Assembly (NCBI GenBank): GCA_035489775.1
Contig: DATHJM010000370.1
Coordinates: 1-46,780, forward strand
Source: Burkholderiales bacterium
Lineage (GTDB): Bacteria; Pseudomonadota; Gammaproteobacteria; Burkholderiales; SG8-39
Reading direction: 5' to 3'
Length of the DNA: 46,780 bases
Position numbers and translations under genes: made by a program. Below are positions 31,475-42,091 of this stretch, piece after piece. The notes below the pieces were generated by a model. The model did not search any database, had not been told where the DNA came from, and saw only the letters and a list, made by a program, of their open reading frames with translations. The stretch's first letter is position 1, and every line of letters starts with the position of its first letter.

Positions 31475-31971
31475 TGGCTCGCGACACGCTCAAGGCCCTG
31501 GCGAAACGGGCCGGCACCCGGTTGAAGAGGCGCAATCTGAAGCTCGCCACGGCCGAGTCCTGCACCGGCGGCTGGATCGCCCAGGCCGTGACTTCCGTGT
31601 CGGGAAGCTCCGGGTGGTTCGATCGCGGTTTCGTGACCTACTCCAACGAAGCCAAGAAAGAGCTGCTCGGCGTGCGCGCGCGGACTCTGTCGCGGCACGG
31701 CGCCGTGAGCAGGGAAACCGCGAAGGAAATGGCCGCGGGGGCGCTCGCGCGCAGCCGCGCGCAGGTCGCGATCGCGGTGACCGGCGTCGCCGGGCCGGGC
31801 GGCGGCACGAAGGCGAAACCCGTCGGCACGGTGTGCTTCGCGTGGTCGCGAAAACGGGGCGCGATGGAGAGCGTCACCCGGCATTTCCGGGGCGGCCGGG
31901 ACCGGGTGCGCCGGCAGTCGGTGGTGTTCGCCCTGCAAGGCTTGCTCGAAAGACTGGAGGAGACGGAATGA
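31474..31971 (+). CDS. pncC: CinA C-terminal domain / nicotinamide-nucleotide amidohydrolase PncC
   Basis: The ATG at 31474 overlaps the pgpA stop. LATAESCTGGWIAQAVTSVSGSSGWFDRGFVTYSNEAK...GVAGPGGGT.KPVGTV. The upstream part of the track ORF 30586- is out of frame. Confidence 0.92.
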   Translation: MARDTLKALAKRAGTRLKRRNLKLATAESCTGGWIAQAVTSVSGSSGWFDRGFVTYSNEAKKELLGVRARTLSRHGAVSRETAKEMAAGALARSRAQVAIAVTGVAGPGGGTKAKPVGTVCFAWSRKRGAMESVTRHFRGGRDRVRRQSVVFALQGLLERLEETE

Positions 31972-32846
31972 GGTGGTTCCTGCGCTGCGTAGCGCTCGCG
32001 GTGCTCGCGGTGGCGTTCGGATCCGGAAGGCCCGCTCTCGCGCAGGGCGCAGAGGAGAAAGACAACATCGCCGGCCCTTACGTTCCGACTCCGTGGGCGA
32101 TCGTGGACGAGATGCTGAAGCTCGCCGATATCCGCGCCGAAGACGTGGTCTACGACCTCGGTTCGGGAGACGGGAGGCTGGTGATCACGGCGGCCAAGCG
32201 CTTCCGCGCGCGCGGGGTCGGCGTGGAGCTGCAGAGCGAGCTTGTCGACCTAGCGAGAATCGGCGCGAAGCACGAAGGCGTGGCGGATCGCGTCAAATTC
32301 GTGCAGGGCGACCTGTTCGAGACCGACATCAGGGAGGCGAGCGTGGTGATGCTGTACCTGCTGCCGCGCTTCGTCACGCGGCTGGTGCCGAGGTTCCGCG
32401 CCGAGCTGCGGCCCGGCACGCGCATCGTGTCCCACGATTATCCGCTCGCGCCCTGGCCGCCCGACAAGGAGCTTGCGATGGACGTCCCCGAAAAGGAGAT
32501 GATCAGCGGCACCTCCTGGACGAGGCTCTACTACTACGTCGTCCCGGCGCGCGTGCAGGGCGTGTGGGAGCTCACTTTGCCCAAAGCGCTCGCGGACGGC
32601 CCGCTGATGCTGCAGATCACCCAGGAACCCCACGCCGTCGGCGGATCAATGCGCGAGGGCAACACCGAACAGTACTTGAGGGACCTGGCGGTGCGGGGCG
32701 AGCAGGTCCGTTTCGGGCTGCTTTACAAGGGCCGGTTGATGGCTTTCGAGGGGACCGTGGCCGGGGACGCCATGACGGGCGAGGTGCGCGCCCGCGACTT
32801 GCGCGGGCCGTGGACCGCGCGGCACCGCGGAGCGCTGCCGCACTAG
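31968..32846 (+). CDS. Class I SAM-dependent methyltransferase with an N-terminal Sec-type signal peptide and a C-terminal beta-rich domain
   Basis: The ATG at 31968 overlaps the pncC stop (ATGA). Signal peptide MRWFLRCVALAVLAVAFGSGRPALA-QG. SAM motif I reads VVYDLGSGDGRLVITAA, preceded by YVPTPWAIVDEML, with an acidic motif II in GVELQ. Confidence 0.8.
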   Translation: MRWFLRCVALAVLAVAFGSGRPALAQGAEEKDNIAGPYVPTPWAIVDEMLKLADIRAEDVVYDLGSGDGRLVITAAKRFRARGVGVELQSELVDLARIGAKHEGVADRVKFVQGDLFETDIREASVVMLYLLPRFVTRLVPRFRAELRPGTRIVSHDYPLAPWPPDKELAMDVPEKEMISGTSWTRLYYYVVPARVQGVWELTLPKALADGPLMLQITQEPHAVGGSMREGNTEQYLRDLAVRGEQVRFGLLYKGRLMAFEGTVAGDAMTGEVRARDLRGPWTARHRGALPH

Positions 32847-32898
32847 AGACGAGTGCGCCGGACTTGGGTCCGGCAGGCCAGTGCTCTATATTGAGGGC

Positions 32899-34284
32899 AT
32901 GAGCTTCTTCCGGAACGCCGACGTGCGGCCGCCTGCGGTCGCGAGCCTGTTCTATCCCGGGGACGCCCGCACGCTCGCCGAAGAAGTCTCCTCCTATCTC
33001 GACCAGACGGAGGAGATGCCTCTCGCGCCGGGATTCCCCAAGGCGGTGATCGTGCCTCACGCCGGTTTCATCTATTCCGGACCGGTCGCGGCGAGCGCGT
33101 ACGATCGACTACGTCCCGCGCGGGGTATCGTCAGGCGCGTCGTTATCCTCGGTCCCTGTCACCGCGTTCCCGTGCACGGCCTCGCGCTGCCGCGGGCGAA
33201 AGCATTCGATACGCCGCTCGGCAGGATCCCGCTCGACGAACAGACGATGGACTCGATCCGCGTGCTGCCTCAGGTCGTGGAATCGGCGGCGACGCACGCC
33301 GAAGAGCACGCGCTGGAAGTGCAGCTGCCGTTCCTGCAGCGGGTCCTGGGCGAATTTTCGCTCGTGCCGCTGGTGGTGGGCGACGCGGCTCCGGAGAGAG
33401 TCGCCGATGTGCTGGAGCGCCTCTGGGGCGGTGCCGAAACGCTGATCGTGATCAGCTCGGATCTCTCGCACTACCATTCGTACGAGGCCGCGCGCAGAAT
33501 CGACGGCGCCACCGTGCGTGCGATTCTCGGCTTCGACGCTGGAATCGGTCACGAGCAGGCCTGCGGGGCGACCCCGGTGGCCGGCATGCTGATCGCAGCC
33601 AAGCGCAAGGGGCTCGCGCCGAAGCTCCTCGACTGCCGCAACTCCGGCGACACCGCGGGCGACAAGAACCGGGTCGTCGGCTACGCTTCCTTCGAGCTCG
33701 CCCCCCGAAGCCTGTCCTACGGAGCGGAGCACGGAAGAAAGCTTCTGCAGATCGCGCGCGCCTCGGTCGGCGAAGCACTCGGACTGCAGGCGCAAGCTGC
33801 CGCGATCGACGAACCCTGGCTCAAGGAATCGCGTGCGACCTTCGTCACCCTCATGCAAGGCGAAGAGTTGCGCGGTTGCGTAGGCGCGCTCGAAGCGCAG
33901 CGGCCGCTCGCTCAGGATGTCGCCGAGAACGCCCGCGCCGCGGCGTTCCAGGACACGCGCTTCAAGCCTCTCACACCCGACGAGTTCGAGCGCACCGACA
34001 TCGAAGTCTCGCTCCTGGCGACGCCCAAGCAGCTCCTGTTCGAGGACCACGCCGGCCTGATAGCCCGGCTCCGCCCCGGCGTGGACGGGCTCATTCTCGA
34101 AGAAGCCGGGGAAGGCAAGCGCGCGACCTTCCTGCCGCAGGTCTGGGAAGGGTTGCCCGATCCGGAACAGTTCATCGCGCACCTCAAGCAAAAGGCCGGG
34201 ATTGCGCCGGACACCGACATCCGGCGCTGCCGGGTGAAGCGTTACACCGTGCTCAAGTGGCGCGAAGCTGAGCTTCTTCAATGA
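32899..34284 (+). CDS. AmmeMemoRadiSam system fusion protein: Memo-like (protein B) N-terminal domain + AMMECR1 (protein A) C-terminal domain
   Basis: ATG 32899 (track GTG 32881 is also possible). The Memo part has VIVPHAGFIYSG, VVILGPCH, EHALEVQLPFLQ, IVISSDLSHY and NRVVGYASF. The AMMECR1 part starts at about nt 33720 with FVTLMQGEELRGCVGALE, IEVSLL and KRATFLPQVWE. Confidence 0.88.
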   Translation: MSFFRNADVRPPAVASLFYPGDARTLAEEVSSYLDQTEEMPLAPGFPKAVIVPHAGFIYSGPVAASAYDRLRPARGIVRRVVILGPCHRVPVHGLALPRAKAFDTPLGRIPLDEQTMDSIRVLPQVVESAATHAEEHALEVQLPFLQRVLGEFSLVPLVVGDAAPERVADVLERLWGGAETLIVISSDLSHYHSYEAARRIDGATVRAILGFDAGIGHEQACGATPVAGMLIAAKRKGLAPKLLDCRNSGDTAGDKNRVVGYASFELAPRSLSYGAEHGRKLLQIARASVGEALGLQAQAAAIDEPWLKESRATFVTLMQGEELRGCVGALEAQRPLAQDVAENARAAAFQDTRFKPLTPDEFERTDIEVSLLATPKQLLFEDHAGLIARLRPGVDGLILEEAGEGKRATFLPQVWEGLPDPEQFIAHLKQKAGIAPDTDIRRCRVKRYTVLKWREAELLQ

Positions 34285-35375
34285 GCGCCGTGCTCGAAAA
34301 ACCCTACATCGGCCGCTGGTGGCACATGCTGGAGGACGGGAGGCTCCAGTGCGACCTGTGCCCGCGCGACTGCCGGCTGCACGAAGGCCAGCGAGGCGCG
34401 TGTTTCGTGCGCATGCGCGAGCACGAAAAGATGGTGCTGACCACTTACGGACGCTCTTCGGGCTTTTGCATCGACCCGGTGGAAAAGAAACCGCTCAACC
34501 ATTTCTACCCGGGTTCGAGCATCCTGTCCTTCGGAACCGCCGGCTGCAATCTGGCCTGCAAGTTCTGCCAGAACTGGGACATTTCCAAGTCGCGCGACGT
34601 CGACATCCTGGCCGATGCGGCCAGCCCGCAGCAGCTCGCCCGGGCAGCGCTCGAGCACGGGTGCCGCAGCGTCGCCTTTACCTACAACGATCCGGTGATT
34701 TTTGCGGAGTATGCGATGGACGTCGCCGATGCGTGCCGCGAGGTCGGCGTCAAGGCGGTGGCCGTCACCGCCGGCTACATGCACGATCAGCCGCGGCGCG
34801 AGTTCTACGCCAAGATGGACGCGGCCAACGTCGACCTGAAGGCTTTCACCGAGGAGTTCTACTTCCGGACCTGCAGCGCGCATCTGAAAGACGTGCTCGA
34901 TACGCTCGCCTACCTCGAGCACGAGACCGAGGTCTGGTTCGAGATCACCACGCTCCTTATTCCCGGCAGGAACGACTCGGACTCCGAGATCGACGCCGAG
35001 TGCCGCTGGATCGCAGCAGAGCTCGGGCCGGAGGTGCCGCTGCACTTTACCGCTTTCCATCCCGACTACAAGATGACCGACATTGCCCCCACGCCGGCTG
35101 CGACGCTGACGCGCGCGCGCAACATTGCGCTGGGGCACGGCCTGCGCTATGTGTATACAGGCAACGTCCACGATCCCGAGGGCGGTTCGACCTACTGCCC
35201 GGGCTGCGGCAGCGCGGTGATCGCCCGCGATTGGTACAGCATCCTCGACTACCGCGTCACGGAGGACGGCCGGTGCAAGGAATGCGGGGCGGAGATAGCC
35301 GGGTGCTTCGAGCGATTCAAGAAGCCGTTCGGGCCGAGGCGGATTCCGGTCCGCCTCACCGCCGCTTCACGCTAG
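34281..35375 (+). CDS. AmmeMemoRadiSam system radical SAM enzyme
   Basis: 364 aa. The ATG overlaps the upstream stop (ATGA). N-terminal Cys motif CDLCPRDC...CFVR. Radical SAM cluster GCNLACKFCQNWDIS (from about 34545). C-terminal zinc-ribbon-like YCPGCGSAV...GRCKECG. Overall PflA-like. Confidence 0.88.
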   Translation: MSAVLEKPYIGRWWHMLEDGRLQCDLCPRDCRLHEGQRGACFVRMREHEKMVLTTYGRSSGFCIDPVEKKPLNHFYPGSSILSFGTAGCNLACKFCQNWDISKSRDVDILADAASPQQLARAALEHGCRSVAFTYNDPVIFAEYAMDVADACREVGVKAVAVTAGYMHDQPRREFYAKMDAANVDLKAFTEEFYFRTCSAHLKDVLDTLAYLEHETEVWFEITTLLIPGRNDSDSEIDAECRWIAAELGPEVPLHFTAFHPDYKMTDIAPTPAATLTRARNIALGHGLRYVYTGNVHDPEGGSTYCPGCGSAVIARDWYSILDYRVTEDGRCKECGAEIAGCFERFKKPFGPRRIPVRLTAASR

Positions 35376-35424
35376 ATTCGACCGCAAGTCCTTGATTGTT
35401 ATATAGGGCTTGCAATTCCTCCGA

Positions 35425-35444
35425 TACTGTATAAAAATCCAGGT
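35425..35444. promoter_or_regulatory. Putative LexA (SOS) box upstream of recA
   Basis: TACTGTATAAAAATCCAGGT is CTGT-N8-CCAG, one mismatch from the proteobacterial CTGT-N8-ACAG consensus. It lies in an A/T-rich patch about 180 nt upstream of the recA ATG. Confidence 0.55.
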
Positions 35445-35619
35445 CAACCGCTTGTTTCGGCCGCGCGTTCAAGCGGCGAAACACCCCACGATGGCTGACG
35501 TGTGGGGCGACGAGAGGCAGGTTCCTCGTTTCGGTTGCGCCGCCCCGGTGGGTGCGGCGCGGGCGTCCGCTGCAACGTTTAAGATGAGGGATAATCCGAT
35601 GGTCAACGAAGGGAAAGTC

Positions 35620-36641
<1,022 letters not shown>

Positions 36642-36645
<4 letters not shown>

Positions 36646-37088
36646 AAAAGCAGACTACGCTGCGCGAGCGGGCCCTGCGGCTGCTCGCGCGGCGGGAGCA
36701 CAGCCGCGCCGAGCTTGGCCGCAAGCTCGCGGCCCACGCGAATCCTGAGGACGATATCGAGTCGCTGCTGGGAGACCTGTCGCGGCGGAAACTCCTGTCG
36801 GACGAGCGCTACGCGGAATCGAGGGCTCACTCGCTTTCGCGCAAGTTCGGTGCGGCGCGCATCGCGCACGAGCTGCGCGCGAAAGGCCTCGACAAGGGAC
36901 TCGCCGAGCAGGCCTCCGGCGCCGCCCGCGCAACCGAGGTCGAGCGCGCGCGCGAAGTCTGGCGCAGGAAGTTCCGGGTCGCTCCCCAAACGCGCGAGGA
37001 GCGCGCCAAGCAGATGCGCTTTCTCCAGACGCGCGGGTTTTCCTTCGATGCGATTCGCGCCGTCGTCAGCGGCCCCCGCGAGGATTGA
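36642..37088 (+). CDS. recX: RecA regulator RecX
   Basis: 148 aa. The GTG overlaps the recA stop. [20 protein letters not shown] and three-helix repeats, positioned after recA. Confidence 0.9.
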
Positions 37089-37124
37089 ATTCGCCTAGAA
37101 TCCCGGCTGGGAGACGGGAGACGC

Positions 37125-38153
37125 ATGGCGCAATCGGGGGAAGGCTGGCTCGACGAGACGCGTTCCGCGTATCTCTACCGCGTGATCGCGGAAGTCGAGC
37201 GCGGCTCGCCGCGCTCGGAGCTGTTCCAGCAGCTCGCGCGCGAAGCCGAAGGCCAGGCCGCGATCTGGGCGAAGAACGCGGGGCTCGCGTCGGTGCCCGC
37301 CTTCGTTCCCGATCTGCGCACCCGCATCGTCGCGAGCCTCGTGCGCCGCTACGGCCCGCGCGCGATGCGCGGAATTCTCGCCGCGATGAAAGTGCGGGGA
37401 CTCTCCATATACAGCCATGCCGTGCCCGGACACCCGGCGCCGACCTCGGTCGACGAAATCGGGAAGCGCCACCGCGGCTTCGGCGCCGGTGGAAACCTGC
37501 GCGCGGCGGTATTCGGGATCAACGACGGGCTGGTGTCGAACCTGAGTCTCATCCTCGGTGTCGCGGGAGCGTCCTCGAACACCGGTTTCATCCTGCTCTC
37601 GGGCATCGCCGGCCTGCTCGCGGGGGCTTTCTCGATGGCCGCGGGGGAGTACGTTTCGGTGCGTTCGCAGCGCGAAATGTTCGAGTATCAAATCGGACTG
37701 GAACAGGCCGAGCTCGATGAGTACCCCGACGAAGAGGCGGAGGAACTGGCGTTGATCTACGCGGCGCGAGGGATGAATCGCGAGGACGCCCACGCGCTCG
37801 CGAAGCGCACCATCGCCGATCCGCGCCTGGCCCTCGACACGCTGGCGCGCGAGGAGCTCGGCCTCAATCCCGACGACCTCGGGTCGCCCCGGGGAGCGGC
37901 GCTGTCCTCGTTTTTTTCGTTCGGCGTCGGCGCGCTCGTGCCGCTTGCGCCGTTTCTGTTCGCGCGCGGCGACGGCGCTCTCATCGCGGCGGTCGCTCTG
38001 ACGGGCGTCGCCTTGTTCGGCACCGGCGCGACGATCAGCCTGTTTACGGGCCGTAGCGCGGTGCGCGACGGCCTGCGCATGCTCGCGATAGGCGGCGGTG
38101 CAGGGGCGGTCACCTATTTCCTCGGCACTCTGCTCGGCGTGAGCCTCGCCTGA
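37125..38153 (+). CDS. VIT1/CCC1 family metal (Fe/Mn) transporter with an N-terminal ferritin-like extension
   Basis: 342 aa. The C-terminal membrane domain has RAAVFGINDGLVSNLSLILGVAGA and MAAGEYVSVRSQRE. The N-terminal roughly 130 aa is a helical ExxA...ExxQ region. Confidence 0.85.
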   Translation: MAQSGEGWLDETRSAYLYRVIAEVERGSPRSELFQQLAREAEGQAAIWAKNAGLASVPAFVPDLRTRIVASLVRRYGPRAMRGILAAMKVRGLSIYSHAVPGHPAPTSVDEIGKRHRGFGAGGNLRAAVFGINDGLVSNLSLILGVAGASSNTGFILLSGIAGLLAGAFSMAAGEYVSVRSQREMFEYQIGLEQAELDEYPDEEAEELALIYAARGMNREDAHALAKRTIADPRLALDTLAREELGLNPDDLGSPRGAALSSFFSFGVGALVPLAPFLFARGDGALIAAVALTGVALFGTGATISLFTGRSAVRDGLRMLAIGGGAGAVTYFLGTLLGVSLA

Positions 38154-38172
38154 ACGAGCGCGAATTCGCCGA

Positions 38173-39423
38173 ATGGACGCCGGGCTCGTCGTTCACAGTC
38201 TCGCCGGGTTTTTCCTGCTGCACGTCATCGCCTGGGTTTTCAGCGAAAACCGCAGGACCATAGCCTGGCGTCCGGTCACCGGCGGGATGCTGCTGACCTT
38301 CGGCCTCGGGCTCCTGCTGCTGAAGGCTCCTTACGCGAAGGATGTTTTTCTCGCCTTGAACAGTGCGCTCAACGCGCTTGAAAAAGCGACGCAGGACGGA
38401 ACCTCGTTCGTATTCGGGTTTCTGGGTGGCGGGCCGCTGCCGTTCGCTGAAACCTATCCGGGAGCGAGCTTCGTGCTTGCGTTCCGGGCCCTGCCGCTGG
38501 TGCTCGTTGTGAGCGCTCTCTCGGCGTTGCTCTTTTACTGGCGGGTGCTGCCCTGGATCGTGAAGGTGTTTTCCCTTCTCTTGCAAAAGACCATGGGAGT
38601 CGGCGGCGCGATCGGCTTGTCCTCCGCGGCGAACGTGTTCGTCGGCATGGTCGAGGCCCCGCTGGTCGTCAAGCCCTATATCCGGAATATGAGCCGCGGT
38701 GAGCTATTCATCCTCATGAGCTGCGGGATGGCGACGGTCGCGGGCACCGTTATGGCGCTCTACGCGAGCATCCTTTCGAAGGTGATCCCCGACGCCCTCG
38801 GGCACATCCTGATCGCCTCGATCATCAGCACCCCGGCGGCGATCGCGATCTCGGTGCTCATGGTTCCGGGGGAGGCGCCGGCCACGGAGGGAAAGCTCGT
38901 GTCCCAGGCCGCGACCTCGAGCATGGACGCGGTCGCCCGCGGGACCGTCGATGGAGCGCAACTCCTCGTCAACATCGTCGCGATGCTCCTGGTGCTGGTC
39001 GCGCTGGTGAGCCTCGCCAACCAGGTGCTCGCGCTGCTTCCGGACGTCGCAGGGGCCCCGGTCACGCTCCAACGCGTGCTCGGCATTGCATTGGCGCCTC
39101 TTGTCTGGATCATGGGCATTCCGTGGTCGGAGGCGACGACCGCCGGGGCGTTGATGGGGACGAAGACCGTGCTCAACGAGCTGCTCGCCTACATCGATCT
39201 CGCGAAGCTTCCCGGGGGCGCGCTCAGCGAGCGCAGCCGCCTGATGATGACCTACGCGCTGTGCGGCTTCGCCAATTTCGGCAGCCTCGGCATCATGATC
39301 GGGGGCCTGGCGACCATGGCTCCGGAGCGCCGCGACGAGATCGTTTCCCTGGGCGGAAAAACCATCGTCTCCGGAACGCTTGCGACCTGCGTCGCGGGTT
39401 CGGTCGTGGGTATTCTCTATTGA
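38173..39423 (+). CDS. NupC/CNT family nucleoside transporter
   Basis: 416 aa, polytopic. N-terminal FLLHVIAWVFSENRR, LLGGGPL-type loop, C-terminal GFANFGSLGIMIGGL typical of concentrative nucleoside transporters. Confidence 0.85.
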   Translation: MDAGLVVHSLAGFFLLHVIAWVFSENRRTIAWRPVTGGMLLTFGLGLLLLKAPYAKDVFLALNSALNALEKATQDGTSFVFGFLGGGPLPFAETYPGASFVLAFRALPLVLVVSALSALLFYWRVLPWIVKVFSLLLQKTMGVGGAIGLSSAANVFVGMVEAPLVVKPYIRNMSRGELFILMSCGMATVAGTVMALYASILSKVIPDALGHILIASIISTPAAIAISVLMVPGEAPATEGKLVSQAATSSMDAVARGTVDGAQLLVNIVAMLLVLVALVSLANQVLALLPDVAGAPVTLQRVLGIALAPLVWIMGIPWSEATTAGALMGTKTVLNELLAYIDLAKLPGGALSERSRLMMTYALCGFANFGSLGIMIGGLATMAPERRDEIVSLGGKTIVSGTLATCVAGSVVGILY

Positions 39424-39452
39424 GGGGCCGGATTTTCCGCTAAGATCGAGAG

Positions 39453-42068
39453 ATGAAATCGGCGGAGATCCGAACCAAGTTCTTGAAGTTCTTCGAAGAG
39501 CGGGGCCACACGGTCGTCGCGTCGAGCCCGCTCGTGCCGGCCAACGATCCGACGCTGCTTTTCACCAACTCGGGCATGGTGCAGTTCAAGGACGTGTTTC
39601 TCGGCAGGGAGACGCGAGCGTACAAGCGCGCGGCCACCTCTCAACGGTGTTTGCGTGCCGGCGGCAAGCACAACGATCTCGAGAACGTCGGCTACACGGC
39701 GCGTCACCATACCTTCTTCGAGATGCTCGGCAACTTCTCCTTCGGCGATTACTTCAAGCGCGACGCGATCCGGCATGCCTGGGACCTGCTGACCAAGGTC
39801 TACAAGCTGCCGCCGGAACGCTTGTGGACGACGGTGTACCACGAGGACAACGAGGCCTGCGATCTCTGGACAAAAGAGATCGGCGTGCCGAAAGAGCGCT
39901 GCATCCGCATCGGTGACAAGCCCGGCGGCCCGAAATACCAGAGCGATAACTTCTGGCAGATGGCCGACACCGGTCCCTGCGGTCCCTGCAGCGAAATCTT
40001 CTACGACCACGGGCCCGGGATCCCGGGTGGCCCGCCCGGCTCGAGCGAAGCCGAAGGCGATCGCTACATCGAGATCTGGAATCTGGTTTTCATGCAGTTC
40101 AATCGGGACGACAAAGGGGCGATGACGCCCCTGCCCAAACCCTGCGTGGACACCGGCATGGGTCTGGAGCGAATCGCAGCAGTTCTCCAGGGCGTTCACT
40201 CGAACTACGAGATCGACCTTTTCCGGGACCTGATACGCGCCGCGGCGCGGGAGACGGGGACGAAGGACCTCGCGAACAATTCGCTTAGGGTGATCGCCGA
40301 TCACATCCGGGCGTGCGCCTTTCTCGTCGTGGACGGCGTCATACCCGGAAACGAAGGACGCGGTTACGTGCTACGCCGCATCATCCGCCGCGCGATCCGC
40401 CACGGCTACAAGCTCGGGCGCAAGGAACCCTTCTTTCACCGTCTCGTCGCGGATCTTTCACGCGTGATGGGCGATGCCTATCCGGAATTGGCGCGGGCGA
40501 AGGAGCGCGTCACGCAGGTGCTCAAGGTGGAGGAGGAGCGCTTTGCCGAGACGCTGGAGAACGGCATGAAGGTGCTGGAGGGCGCGCTGCATCGCGAAGA
40601 CCGCATGCTCGACGGCGAAACCGTATTCCAGCTCTACGACACCTTCGGTTTTCCGGTCGATCTGACCGCGGACATGGCGCGCGAGCGCGGCATCATGATC
40701 GACCACGCGGGATTCGAGGCGGCGATGCAACGCCAGCGCGAGCGCGCCCGCGCCGCGGGCAAGTTCAAGATGGACGCGGGGGTCGAGTATTCCGGCCGCG
40801 CGACCGAATTCCGCGGCTACGACACCCTTGCACTCGATGACGCCAAGGTGGCGGCTCTCTACAGGGAAGGTACTTCGGTGCCGGCCGTCGCGGCGGGCGA
40901 AGCCGCCATCGTCGTGCTGGACAAGACCCCGTTCTACGCCGAATCGGGCGGCCAGGTGGGCGACGCGGGCGAGCTCGTCGCCGCAGGCGGCACTTTCGTC
41001 GTCTCCGACACGCAGAAAATCCAGCCCGAAGTGTTCGGCCACCACGGCGCGCTCGCGACCGGCCGGCTCGCCGTGGGCGACAGGGTAGCGGCGCGCGTGG
41101 ACGCGCCGCGGCGCGCGCGCACCATGCGCAATCACTCGGCCACGCACCTGATGCACAAGGCCCTGCGCGAGGTGCTGGGGCCGCACGTGCAGCAAAAGGG
41201 TTCGCTGGTGGATGCCGACAAGACGCGCTTCGACTTCTCGCACGACGCGGGTATGACCGATGAGCAGATCCGTCGCATCGAAGCGATGGTCAATGCGGAG
41301 ATTCTCAGGAACGAGGCGACTTCAGCGCGCATCATGAAGTTCGACGACGCGGTCAAGGGCGGCGCGATGGCGCTCTTCGGCGAGAAGTACGGCGACGAGG
41401 TGCGCGTGCTCGACATCGGCTCCTCGCGCGAGCTGTGCGGCGGCACGCACGTCGCCCGCACCGGCGACATCGGCTTTTTCAAGATCACTTCCCAGGGCGG
41501 CGTGGCGGCGGGCGTGCGCCGCGTCGAGGCGACCACCGGCGAAGGCGCTCTCGCCTGGGTGCAGGCGATGGAAGACGAACGGCATTTCGTCGAAGGCTTC
41601 TATCAGGCGTCAGGCGACGCATTGAAGGAAAAGCTCAAGGCCGAGCGCGAGGAGAAAAGAGCGCTGGAAAAGGAGCTCGCGCGCTTGAAGTCGAAGCTCG
41701 CATCGAGCCAGGGCGAAGACCTTGCGGCGCAGGCAGTCGAGGTCAAGGGCATCAAGGTGCTCGCGGCGGCGCTCGACGGCGCGGATGCGAAAACCTTGCG
41801 CGAGACGCTGGATAGTCTGAAGAGCAAGCTGAAAACGGCGGCCATCGTGCTCGCCTCCGCGCAGGACGGGAAGGTGAGCCTTATCGCCGGGGTTACTCCG
41901 GACCTTACAGCGAAGCTGAAAGCCGGGGAGCTGGTCAACTTCGTCGCGCAGCAAGTGGGCGGGAAGGGCGGAGGCCGGCCGGACATGGCCCAGGCCGGGG
42001 GCAGCGACGCGTCGAAACTGCCGGGGGCCCTGCAGTCGGTCAAGGGATGGGTCGAGCAGCGCCTGTGA
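39453..42068 (+). CDS. alaS: Alanine--tRNA ligase
   Basis: 871 aa with [43 protein letters not shown], the editing-domain HSATHLMH...CGGTH, and a C-terminal DHHA1-like region. Confidence 0.98.
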   Translation: MKSAEIRTKFLKFFEERGHTVVASSPLVPANDPTLLFTNSGMVQFKDVFLGRETRAYKRAATSQRCLRAGGKHNDLENVGYTARHHTFFEMLGNFSFGDYFKRDAIRHAWDLLTKVYKLPPERLWTTVYHEDNEACDLWTKEIGVPKERCIRIGDKPGGPKYQSDNFWQMADTGPCGPCSEIFYDHGPGIPGGPPGSSEAEGDRYIEIWNLVFMQFNRDDKGAMTPLPKPCVDTGMGLERIAAVLQGVHSNYEIDLFRDLIRAAARETGTKDLANNSLRVIADHIRACAFLVVDGVIPGNEGRGYVLRRIIRRAIRHGYKLGRKEPFFHRLVADLSRVMGDAYPELARAKERVTQVLKVEEERFAETLENGMKVLEGALHREDRMLDGETVFQLYDTFGFPVDLTADMARERGIMIDHAGFEAAMQRQRERARAAGKFKMDAGVEYSGRATEFRGYDTLALDDAKVAALYREGTSVPAVAAGEAAIVVLDKTPFYAESGGQVGDAGELVAAGGTFVVSDTQKIQPEVFGHHGALATGRLAVGDRVAARVDAPRRARTMRNHSATHLMHKALREVLGPHVQQKGSLVDADKTRFDFSHDAGMTDEQIRRIEAMVNAEILRNEATSARIMKFDDAVKGGAMALFGEKYGDEVRVLDIGSSRELCGGTHVARTGDIGFFKITSQGGVAAGVRRVEATTGEGALAWVQAMEDERHFVEGFYQASGDALKEKLKAEREEKRALEKELARLKSKLASSQGEDLAAQAVEVKGIKVLAAALDGADAKTLRETLDSLKSKLKTAAIVLASAQDGKVSLIAGVTPDLTAKLKAGELVNFVAQQVGGKGGGRPDMAQAGGSDASKLPGALQSVKGWVEQRL

Positions 42069-42091
42069 GAAGTCCTCGAGGAGAGTAAGCC

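Noticed and set aside
37089-37124. yybP-ykoY (Mn) riboswitch ahead of the VIT-family transporter
   Set aside because: The spacer is only 36 nt, far too short for the element.
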